64,000 nt of DNA from Candidatus Collierbacteria bacterium. Lineage in GTDB: Bacteria > Patescibacteriota > Microgenomatia > UBA1400 > MFAQ01. The position numbers and the translations under genes were made by a program. This document shows positions 28,726 to 36,732 of the stretch, one piece after another. The stretch is from positions 1,080 to 65,079 of the forward strand of contig CAISER010000006.1 of the NCBI GenBank assembly GCA_903884375.1, written 5' to 3'. The notes under the pieces were generated by a model. It was not told where the DNA came from, searched no databases, and worked only from the letters and a program-made list of their open reading frames with translations. Numbering within the stretch: the first letter of the stretch is position 1; the number at the start of each line of letters is the position of its first letter.

Positions 28726-29788
28726 AAGTATAGATTGATTGGCCGTTGTTGTTTTGGCCGGATTTAATATAGTCTACCTTGACCGAGTCAGGGGAAACTG
28801 TCACATCTAAGAACCCGGAGTTTGGAAGAGTATCACCTGCTTTATAGGCATCTTTATTGAATGCGGTGAAAGTATCATCGGCTGGATTGGGAACTTCTTG
28901 ATAGATAACTCCATCGAGTTCTTGCTTTGCAAAAAGATGATCATGACCTTGAAAAAAGATAGTAACGCCGTTTTTGACCATCAATTGATGAATTGGTGTT
29001 CCCCAGCCTGGTCTCATTTTGTCGAATTCATATGTTCCGTTTGGACTATATCCTCCCCACTCGTAAAGCTTAGCCATCTCGACTCCACCACGACCAGTAC
29101 CGAGAACATGGTGAGTAAAAACAAACTTGTATTTTGCTTTGCTTTCTTCCAAGGTTTTTTTGAACCATTGATACTGTGTCTCTCCCAAGGTATTGTTCCA
29201 GAGATTTTGTTGTTTCTTCTCATTTTTTGCTCCAGCGACATTGTCCGCAGCAGTTTCCGTGTGCCAATAGTAATCAATTACGACAAATAAAGCATCTCCG
29301 TGAGTAAATGAATAATAACCGTTTTCTGCGCCAGGGGAGGTGAAGTATTTGGCTCGTGCATTTTGGGCAAGTATGGCCGGATTGGTATTTGTTCCATCGA
29401 GTAAATATTTGGCTTCTTGTTCATGATTGCCATTTACCAGATAAATTGGAATGGTGAGGGCACTTAAATAATTCTTTTGGTTGAGATATACCGAATCAAT
29501 GGCGCTTTGAGTGACATTGTTGCCTTCAATTTCTTTTTCGATGCTAAAGTCATCACCTAGTAGAAAGTAAAAATCGAGATTTGCTTTGTTTACATTTTGG
29601 AGGGTTGTTTTGTAAAGATCAGAATTAAACATTTTCCCAGGTCTTTCCGGGTGTGAATCTCCTTGAACTCCAAAAGAAAAGGTATCTCCGACAAGAAAAA
29701 AACTATTTCGATTTGCAATCCAATAATATGAAACTAAACATACTCCAACTAGTAATAAAAAAATGAGTATTATTGACTTATTTTTCAT
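28712..29788 (-). CDS. Exported calcineurin-like metallophosphoesterase (paralog 2)
   Basis: GDSH, LLGDD, GNHE, FTHH, GHDH; shares GRGGVExAKLYEWGG with paralog 1. Confidence 0.88.
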   Translation of the reverse strand: MKNKSIILIFLLLVGVCLVSYYWIANRNSFFLVGDTFSFGVQGDSHPERPGKMFNSDLYKTTLQNVNKANLDFYFLLGDDFSIEKEIEGNNVTQSAIDSVYLNQKNYLSALTIPIYLVNGNHEQEAKYLLDGTNTNPAILAQNARAKYFTSPGAENGYYSFTHGDALFVVIDYYWHTETAADNVAGAKNEKKQQNLWNNTLGETQYQWFKKTLEESKAKYKFVFTHHVLGTGRGGVEMAKLYEWGGYSPNGTYEFDKMRPGWGTPIHQLMVKNGVTIFFQGHDHLFAKQELDGVIYQEVPNPADDTFTAFNKDAYKAGDTLPNSGFLDVTVSPDSVKVDYIKSGQNNNGQSIYTYEVK

Positions 29789-30360
29789 TGAGCCAGATTG
29801 TTACAAGCAGTTCGACAATACTGATAGTCTCCACAAGCTAATCCAGTCTCGGCTGACTCGCAACACTGTTTGCAGGTATTTTGATCACCGCTGGCTGTGC
29901 AGGTAGAATAATTTCCATCGCGACCAAGTTTTGAAGAAATTTCAAATGTTTTTATGACTGTATTTTTTGTGTAGTCATAGGTAGCAGCAAAATCTCGACA
30001 GGCCTTGCGGACAGAGTCATCGGCAGCCAAACAATCACAACAATCTTTACTTGATCCTAGATCTTTCGTATTTTCGATACATTGACTATAAGTGGAATAT
30101 GTCACTTGAGTACCTGTTTGGCCGGTTGGTTTTGCTTGACCGTTAGTCTTTGGCTGTGCTGCCTGACTACCACCCTTGCTCTTTCCTTGACTGTTTGTTG
30201 GTGTTACTCCTTGGGTTACATTATTGTTATTCAAAACAGGAGCTGTCGAAGTTTTTTTTGTAAGTAGATTTCTTCCATACAAATCCCATGTTGCGCCTCC
30301 GAGAACAGCAACGAAGATAATACTTAAGATGCCAATAATTATTTTTTCTTTTTTGTTCAT
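29785..30360 (-). CDS. Membrane-anchored Cys-rich protein
   Basis: TM, low-complexity linker, two YSxC...CCxx...CRxxA repeats. Confidence 0.75.
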   Translation of the reverse strand: MNKKEKIIIGILSIIFVAVLGGATWDLYGRNLLTKKTSTAPVLNNNNVTQGVTPTNSQGKSKGGSQAAQPKTNGQAKPTGQTGTQVTYSTYSQCIENTKDLGSSKDCCDCLAADDSVRKACRDFAATYDYTKNTVIKTFEISSKLGRDGNYSTCTASGDQNTCKQCCESAETGLACGDYQYCRTACNNLAQ

Positions 30361-30375
30361 TTTATGTATATTTAA

Positions 30376-31962
30376 TTATTGAAAAAGGAAGTCCGTATTG
30401 GCGACTGAAGGCATATTAATTTTTTCTGAGTAGAGGTATGCCGAAGTATCAGGACAAGTATAGCCATCAAGATTCTTAAGTTTTGTGAGAGCATCCTTTT
30501 GAGCTGTAGTTAAAGATTTGCCAACTTGGGCAAAAGCGGTGGCGTAGTAATAGGATATTTCACCATCCAGCTGACCATATTCTCTAGAGAGAGCAATTAC
30601 TTTAGCTTCATCAATTACGCTTGTTGTTAAGATTTTTCGGAGTTCTGTAGAGATGGCTCTTCTTTTCTCGACGATTCCAGTGATTGCGTTTTTTTGAGTA
30701 GCAACAAGGTTAGTAATAATTGGTTTTTGAGTTGCACTTAAGGCACTGATAAAGGCTTGACCTTGATCTCCTGTAATTGATTCATCAATCGTATAGCCGG
30801 CATTGCCTATGGCTGGAGCATCTTTGATATAAAAACCACCAAAGTAATCGGCTTGTCTCTCCGGACAAAAATAAGTATCAGCTTCAACATTGCCGGCGTA
30901 CCAGCCAAACATTTCACTTGCATAAGTCATCATTAAGACAGATTCGTCTCGAGTTAAGTTCACTTTATCTACTTGATCAGGAAGTATCGCCCATGAGGCA
31001 AAACCACCTTTAACCATAGTGTCGAAGTATGTTTTTTGTTGAGTTGTAAATGACTTGATTATTTCTCCAAATAGCTGTGCTCTTTGAAGACTAATCTTGG
31101 CATCTATTTCATATATGTCTGCGGAGTATTGCATAATGGCAGACTTGCTTAAACCGGTTGTTCCTGTTGGAATACTACCCGTAAGCTGGCGTCTAAAAGC
31201 AACCATCAGAGGAAATCTTTTGTAAGCGAATTCATTGACTAAGCTTGTTTGTGATTTGGCAAGTGCAGTCATCTTTGCCTTCTGGGTAGCGTTTAGGGTA
31301 TAAAGCACATTATTAGCCGAGTTGGTTACGAAATCCGTGTCATGACCTTTTCCGTTTGCTGTCAAATCTCTTAAATATTGAAAACCAAAATAATCCGAAA
31401 CCTTGCCTGGAGGTAGGAATGAGTCTGAACAAGTGTTGCCTGTTAAAAATCCAAGGCCATCAAAAGCTAGTGTATTTAGCTGAGCCTGATCGGAGATAGC
31501 TTGATCGATACTATAGCCACTTCCTGCGTTCCCCGTAGGATTCTGACTTTTTACCTGACCACTTCCGGTGGCTTGTGGACCACCATTAGAGTCATTTTTA
31601 CAGGCTAGTACACCAGGTTTGTCGTCACATGTTCCTTTGGCAATAATTTCCCTGTCTGTGAATTCACACGCATCTCCAATTGCCTTACCTGTGCAAGCAA
31701 CTATTGCGGCCTCTGGTGGCATATTGCCGGAATTATTTTCTGATGTAATTTGGTTTTTTCTCGATAGATACCAATAACCTCCTGTAATAATAATTGCCGT
31801 GACTAGTATGCCGGAAATTAAATATATTGGTTTGATGGATATTTTTTTTGCTAGATTGACTGTCTTACTAACAAAGGTTGTTTTTTGAGTATTTTGATCC
31901 TTTGGAATATCCGTATTAACTAATGGTTTATTAGGTTCAACAGGAATTATATTTTCGTTCAT
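30376..31962 (-). CDS. Membrane-anchored exported protein with 4-Cys domain and LTXXQ (Spy/CpxP-like) repeats
   Basis: TM; PPEAAIVAC.GK..GDAC.F domain; LNATQK, FTTQQK, LSATQK, LTTAQK motifs. Confidence 0.7.
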   Translation of the reverse strand: MNENIIPVEPNKPLVNTDIPKDQNTQKTTFVSKTVNLAKKISIKPIYLISGILVTAIIITGGYWYLSRKNQITSENNSGNMPPEAAIVACTGKAIGDACEFTDREIIAKGTCDDKPGVLACKNDSNGGPQATGSGQVKSQNPTGNAGSGYSIDQAISDQAQLNTLAFDGLGFLTGNTCSDSFLPPGKVSDYFGFQYLRDLTANGKGHDTDFVTNSANNVLYTLNATQKAKMTALAKSQTSLVNEFAYKRFPLMVAFRRQLTGSIPTGTTGLSKSAIMQYSADIYEIDAKISLQRAQLFGEIIKSFTTQQKTYFDTMVKGGFASWAILPDQVDKVNLTRDESVLMMTYASEMFGWYAGNVEADTYFCPERQADYFGGFYIKDAPAIGNAGYTIDESITGDQGQAFISALSATQKPIITNLVATQKNAITGIVEKRRAISTELRKILTTSVIDEAKVIALSREYGQLDGEISYYYATAFAQVGKSLTTAQKDALTKLKNLDGYTCPDTSAYLYSEKINMPSVANTDFLFQ

Positions 31963-31985
31963 ATTACTAGATTATCAAATGATAA

Positions 31986-32003
31986 CTTGGAAAATGCTTA
32001 GAA
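31986..32003 (-). promoter_or_regulatory. Predicted OmpR-type binding box A1 (TTCTAAG-N4-TTCCAAG)
   Basis: 11-bp-period direct repeat ending 11 bp upstream of -10 TAATCT; same geometry at two other sites. Confidence 0.65.
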
Positions 32004-32006
32004 TAT

Positions 32007-33071
32007 TTAAGATCTTTTGAGGGGCAAATTGATAACAAAAGTAGTGCCCATATTTATTGTACTTTCAACCAGGATTTGACCATGATGCTGTTTAATTATT
32101 TCATTTACGATTGAAAGACCAAGACCGTAGCCTTTTGTAATTGTCTTTGATCGCGAATTATCAGCGCGATAAAAACGCTCAAATATTTTATTAAAATCGT
32201 TTTTTTCTATTCCGATACCAGTGTCTTTAATGGTAAATGTTAAATGATTATTATTTGACGTTAAGTTTATATATATTTTCCCTTTGTCTTTGTTGTACTT
32301 AATTGAATTTTCAAGTAGATTATCAACCATCTCTCTTAAGGCTTCTTCGTTTCCTACTAATACAACTTGTTCCAGCTGATGTTTAATTGAAATCTTTTTC
32401 TTGTCAGCTTGTTTTGTAAACCGAGATACACTATCTAAAATGATTTTGTCTAACCTTACCTCTTGAAAAGAATTTCTATCGATATCATTACTAAATTTTT
32501 CGACCAGTAACAAACTGTTTGCTAATTTTTCCAATGTGTTCACGTCTTCCAAATTACTTTCAAGAAGATCCTTAATTTTTTTGTAAGGAATTGGACCCAT
32601 CATCAAGGTGACCTCTAAGGCGGTTTTGAGATTGGCGAGAGGAGTACGTAATTCATGAGAAGCACTAGCAACAAAAATTTTCTGGTCTTCTAGCATCTTT
32701 TCAATTGGCTTTAATGTCTTTCCTGCTAGAAGATATGATGCACTCGCCGAAACACCGAGAACAATCAGATTGGCAAGGAAAAGAGATAAAAGCAACTGGT
32801 TTCGGGAGATTATGTAATCTTCTCTAATATTATCGTCCAGTGGTGGATCAACTAGCTCTCTTTGAAGATCTTTCGGGTCCGGTAATGGTTTTGGCAACTC
32901 AATCCTTAGTCTGTCGGCGACTATTTTTTGTTGTTCTCTTCTCGCCCCTCTTAGTAACTCAGAATTTAAAGAAGTATAGACAACAATGCTAAATATGAAA
33001 GCGACAATCATAAGTATCACGAGATACCATGCTGTTAGTTGGACTCTAGCTCTGGTGAAATTATTTTTCAT
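32007..33071 (-). CDS. Sensor histidine kinase (OmpR/PhoR family)
   Basis: Two TMs, ASHELRTPL, NLLENSIKY, DTGIG, IFERFYR, GYGLGLSI; start at MKNN overlaps the regulator stop. Confidence 0.93.
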   Translation of the reverse strand: MKNNFTRARVQLTAWYLVILMIVAFIFSIVVYTSLNSELLRGARREQQKIVADRLRIELPKPLPDPKDLQRELVDPPLDDNIREDYIISRNQLLLSLFLANLIVLGVSASASYLLAGKTLKPIEKMLEDQKIFVASASHELRTPLANLKTALEVTLMMGPIPYKKIKDLLESNLEDVNTLEKLANSLLLVEKFSNDIDRNSFQEVRLDKIILDSVSRFTKQADKKKISIKHQLEQVVLVGNEEALREMVDNLLENSIKYNKDKGKIYINLTSNNNHLTFTIKDTGIGIEKNDFNKIFERFYRADNSRSKTITKGYGLGLSIVNEIIKQHHGQILVESTINMGTTFVINLPLKRS

Positions 33072-33747
33072 TGTTATCAACTTTATATCCAAAACCTCTG
33101 ATCGTTTGTATTATTGATTTTGATTTTGGAAATGGTTTGTCAATTTTTTCTCGAAGATAATTTATGTATACTTCAACAGTGTTTGGGAGAACATCATCTT
33201 CATAGCTCCATACATTTTGTATTATTTCGTCTTTTGATTTCACTTTACCTTTGTGTTTTAATAAAAACTCCAACAACGAATACTCCCTTTTTGAGAGAGT
33301 AATCTTTTTTTTGTTTCTACTTACTTCGTGTCTAATTGTGTCAACAATCAAATTACTTTGTTGAAGCACTCCTTCTGTTTGAGTTAGAGGTCTTCGTGAC
33401 AACGCCCTAATTCTAGCTACTAGCTCAGCAAAAACAAATGGTTTGACAAGATAGTCATCTGCGCCCGCGTTTAAACACTCCACCTTGTCACCTGTTGCAC
33501 CTTTGGCTGTTAGTATCAGAATTGGAGTGTGTATATGTTCTTTATCTCGTAAAATATGAATTATTTCAATTCCTGATAGTTTTGGAAGCATGAGATCTAT
33601 TACCAATACATCGTATTTTTCTGTAGTAGCAAGATCCAAACCAGCTTCCCCATCAAACGCCAAGTCGACAGCCCAAGACTCTATCTCGAGACCTGTTTTG
33701 ATAAACTGGGCAATTTTATGCTCGTCTTCAATGACTAATACCCTCAT
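33061..33747 (-). CDS. OmpR-family response regulator
   Basis: LVIEDE, DLMLP, GADDYLVKPF, wHTH NTVEVYINYLREKI, TIRGFGY. Confidence 0.95.
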   Translation of the reverse strand: MRVLVIEDEHKIAQFIKTGLEIESWAVDLAFDGEAGLDLATTEKYDVLVIDLMLPKLSGIEIIHILRDKEHIHTPILILTAKGATGDKVECLNAGADDYLVKPFVFAELVARIRALSRRPLTQTEGVLQQSNLIVDTIRHEVSRNKKKITLSKREYSLLEFLLKHKGKVKSKDEIIQNVWSYEDDVLPNTVEVYINYLREKIDKPFPKSKSIIQTIRGFGYKVDNNEK

Positions 33748-33771
33748 TATTGATATTGTATAGCTTCAAAG

Positions 33772-33789
33772 CTTAAGTATTGCTTAAAA
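33772..33789 (-). promoter_or_regulatory. Predicted OmpR-type binding box A2 (TTTTAAG-N4-ACTTAAG), autoregulatory
   Basis: 11-bp period, ending 11 bp upstream of -10 TACAAT. Confidence 0.55.
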
Positions 33790-34044
33790 AGCAAAATCTT
33801 TCTCTTCAATATTATCTTTACTACCAATATTTATCTCTTGGTCTAACTCCTTCAATTCATTATCTAAGTCGTTGTCTGCATTTGTGACAATACTATTGGT
33901 TTCTTCAGTAGTTTTTTCAGGACTGGATATATCCGATTGAGTTTCCACATTCTTAACTTTTCCTGACTCAATATTTGGTTTGATAAATATATATCCTGAG
34001 ATGAACAACCCTAAAATTATTAAAATAATTAGTATTTTATTCAT
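33784..34044 (-). CDS. Small membrane-anchored acidic protein
   Basis: N-terminal TM and DLDNELKELD acidic tail. Confidence 0.7.
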   Translation of the reverse strand: MNKILIILIILGLFISGYIFIKPNIESGKVKNVETQSDISSPEKTTEETNSIVTNADNDLDNELKELDQEINIGSKDNIEEKDFAF

Positions 34045-34051
34045 ATTTTTG

Positions 34052-34576
34052 TTATTTTGTGCTTTTAAATTGGTCTCTTAGACTGGCAATGTCTGGCTTG
34101 ACCGTTGCCTTAACAAAGTTCCAAAAATCAGTATTGGCGCTGTTCAGTACTTCTCTTTGAGCTTTCATTTCAGTCACTGAAGCTTTGTAAGCTCCGTCTG
34201 AGTCTCCACACGCTAGATCTTTAGTAGCAGAAACTTTTGTTTTTAATGATGAGTATGCAGATTGCCATGCGTTCATCTTCTCTGTTAGAGATGTGAGATC
34301 TGCCTTGAGTTTTTCTGAACCGAGACCCTTATCTTCTACTTTGGTGATTATCTCGTTTAAACGGTCAATAACTGATTGGTGTCTTTTTCCAATTGACTCG
34401 TTTGTGGTGAGCTTTGTGTAGAGATCGTTTACTTTTGAGGTAATTCGAGTGCATCGAACCTCCTTCGTTTCGCTATTCACACCTCCTAGATTTTCAGCAA
34501 AGACAGAAGTAGCTGAAAGGTTTAATAGTAACCCGCCTGCGATAACTGCAGAAGTGATAATAGTTTTTTTGTTCAT
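34052..34576 (-). CDS. Secreted coiled-coil protein
   Basis: Signal peptide MNKKTII...VFA; helical repeats with two Cys; start reassigned from 34723. Confidence 0.75.
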   Translation of the reverse strand: MNKKTIITSAVIAGGLLLNLSATSVFAENLGGVNSETKEVRCTRITSKVNDLYTKLTTNESIGKRHQSVIDRLNEIITKVEDKGLGSEKLKADLTSLTEKMNAWQSAYSSLKTKVSATKDLACGDSDGAYKASVTEMKAQREVLNSANTDFWNFVKATVKPDIASLRDQFKSTK

Positions 34577-34628
34577 ATTCTTTCTTTTGATAATTATTAA
34601 CAATATGGTTGATAATAAAGCCTGTTGG

Positions 34629-34646
34629 CTTAGAAGATGCTTGGAA
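34629..34646 (-). promoter_or_regulatory. Predicted OmpR-type binding box A3 (TTCCAAG-N4-TTCTAAG)
   Basis: 11-bp period, ending 11 bp upstream of -10 TATTAT. Confidence 0.65.
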
Positions 34647-34713
34647 TTTTTCCGACTGTTTTTCGGCTCTGTCGGCTTCTGTAGAAAATGAGGCTGTGGT
34701 GAGAATCCTTGCT

Positions 34714-34835
34714 CGGCAACCAAGTTGGACGCTATCAGACCGTGATGCCTAAAATCGGTTGATGCGTCCCAGAGAAGCTCATTTCGTAATTGGAAGTCTC
34801 GGACCGTACGCTCGTTGTTCAGCTATTTCTTTATT
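34714..34835 (+). repeat. 122-bp direct repeat, copy 2, preceded by a degenerate tRNA T-arm (from 34698)
   Basis: 115/122 identical to copy 1; 34698-34722 matches tRNA 27552-27576 at 19/25 positions. Confidence 0.95.
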
Positions 34836-36136
34836 TTGGAGGAGACAAACTTTCTGTTGTGGAGATAAAGTTGGTAGTTAAAAAGTTGTATTAGTTGACG
34901 TTTTCTCACAGGATCTCCACTCTTGAGTACATGCCTCGCATAATCCCTGACGTCCATTATTTTCTCATCTGGGTCAATGTCTTGTCTTAACAGGACATCA
35001 TCTCTAACCTTTCGGTATTCATCCATTCCTTCGCGGATTTCTTTTGACAAGTTTAAGATTTGTGGGTGGGCTATGTAGGTAAAATTGATATACCTTAATA
35101 GCTCCATCGACAAACCTTCTTCGCTGATGTAATCTTCTCGGCAATCGTAATCTACCTGTCGACTGCAATGATAGTAAATGTGATATTTATCCTCTCGATA
35201 TTTTCTTTTTCTTAACTTGTCTTCCCCAATTACATTCGAGCCACAGTTGGCACATTTGAACAAGCCTTTGAAGATGAACATTTTACTTCCCCATTTTGAT
35301 TTTGCCGGAACTATCAGATGTTTTTGGACAATGTCGAACACTTCTTTGGTTATTAATGGTTGATAGGAACCCTTGTACCAACCACCACTTCCGACAGGAT
35401 ACTCAAATTCCCCATAGTAGAAAGGATTTTTTAACATTAGGTAGACTTGACTAAGGCTAACTGCTGAACCAGATTTATTTGTAAATCCTTTTTCTTCCAA
35501 CCATTTTTTAAGTTTCCGTCCTGAAGTTCCTTCAGTAGCAACCTTTTGAAACGCCTCGGCAACGAGTGGAGCTCTATCAGGATCGATAATAATATCCTTC
35601 GTTCCGTTAAAGGCTCTATTGAAATACCCAAGAGGTGCCATCCCTGGTCGAAATCCCATCTCACATTTTGCTCGAATACCTCTTTTGACGTTTAGCCCTT
35701 TTTGATCGTTTTCCAATTTTGCTTGAGAACAAAGGATCATCAACAGAAACTTCTCGTTCGGATTATTCGAAAACATTTGGGAGAATGTCTTAATTTGAAC
35801 AAGTTTCCCTTGATCCATCAAATCTACTATTATTCCCAAGTCTCCTGCATTACGACTTAATCTGTCTGGAGCCCAAGTCAGTATCCCTGTGAACTTCCCG
35901 GCACCGATATCATCCAGTAGCCCCATGAATACCGGCCTCTTACTTGATATTTTGGCTGAATGGCTTTCTCTGCGAATTTCTTTTACAAATAGTCCCTCTC
36001 TTTTGGCAATCTCACCCATTTCTTTAACCTGAGATTCAATTGACATGGCTTGTCTTTCATCGTCTTCACTCGACTTTCTTGCGTAAAGGCAGTAAACAAT
36101 TTCTTTTTGTGGTTCTATTGCGGTTCTCTGTTCCAT
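34823..36136 (-). CDS. Large serine recombinase (resolvase + recombinase + zinc-ribbon domains)
   Basis: YARKSSE catalytic Ser, DRLSRN, APLGY, LKNPFYYG, PLIT.EVF, CANCG...YYHC. Confidence 0.93.
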   Translation of the reverse strand: MEQRTAIEPQKEIVYCLYARKSSEDDERQAMSIESQVKEMGEIAKREGLFVKEIRRESHSAKISSKRPVFMGLLDDIGAGKFTGILTWAPDRLSRNAGDLGIIVDLMDQGKLVQIKTFSQMFSNNPNEKFLLMILCSQAKLENDQKGLNVKRGIRAKCEMGFRPGMAPLGYFNRAFNGTKDIIIDPDRAPLVAEAFQKVATEGTSGRKLKKWLEEKGFTNKSGSAVSLSQVYLMLKNPFYYGEFEYPVGSGGWYKGSYQPLITKEVFDIVQKHLIVPAKSKWGSKMFIFKGLFKCANCGSNVIGEDKLRKRKYREDKYHIYYHCSRQVDYDCREDYISEEGLSMELLRYINFTYIAHPQILNLSKEIREGMDEYRKVRDDVLLRQDIDPDEKIMDVRDYARHVLKSGDPVRKRQLIQLFNYQLYLHNRKFVSSKIKK

Positions 36137-36204
36137 CTATTGGTATCCATTAGTATGGTCAAGGATACCGCAAGGTTTGTGTAAGTCTAGTCCAAAGATT
36201 AAAT

Positions 36205-36732
36205 TTAGTTAGTTGGATTTTCTCGCGAATCTTCGGATACACGCTCTATAAACTGCCTTAGTCTCTCTAATTCGGCATCCATCTCTTCGGAATCTTTATT
36301 CTTTTTGTATCTACCGATAGAGTTAATAAGAGTTCCCGCTACGCCAATTGGTATTAAACCCTTAAAAACAAGCAATAAAACCGACGCAATCATGCTTTGT
36401 TTGTTTATTCCTTTAATACTTTGCTCGATTCCCGCCTGTTCGTTTGGTGATAATAATATTCGCCTTTGGGTATAGCTTGAGTGATGATTGTTGAGCCAAT
36501 AATAGATAGAGGTAGGATGCCTATCTTTTATTAAACCTATTAGCTGTGACTCAGCCAAATCATTTATAAAATCGACTCCGTCCTTTAAGGCATTATTAGT
36601 TTTCTCCTTAAAGTCTGCATCATCCTCTCGCCAACGATAGTAGCTGGCACGGCTTATTCCTGCTTTTTGGCATGCCACCTGTACTATTGGAGTGGTCTTT
36701 AATTGTTCAACTATACTATCCCTGTCTTTCAT
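36205..36732 (-). CDS. HTH protein resembling phage small-terminase/phBC6A51-type HTH
   Basis: IVQVACQKAGISRASYYRW..DD.DF; DLAESQLI; SIYYWL. Confidence 0.7.
   Translation of the reverse strand: MKDRDSIVEQLKTTPIVQVACQKAGISRASYYRWREDDADFKEKTNNALKDGVDFINDLAESQLIGLIKDRHPTSIYYWLNNHHSSYTQRRILLSPNEQAGIEQSIKGINKQSMIASVLLLVFKGLIPIGVAGTLINSIGRYKKNKDSEEMDAELERLRQFIERVSEDSRENPTN

Noticed and set aside
34650-34722. Possible second tRNA gene
   Set aside because: Only the 3' 25 nt resemble tRNA-Gln; TTC is lost and no D or anticodon arm or full acceptor stem forms
34577-34723. 49-aa N-terminal extension of ORF 34052-34723
   Set aside because: It covers the promoter, regulator box and att-like site; the signal peptide starts at 34576
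27568-34835. CRISPR array or IS-type terminal repeats
   Set aside because: Only two long direct copies 7 kb apart; no spacers, cas genes, transposase or terminal inverted repeats seen in the window
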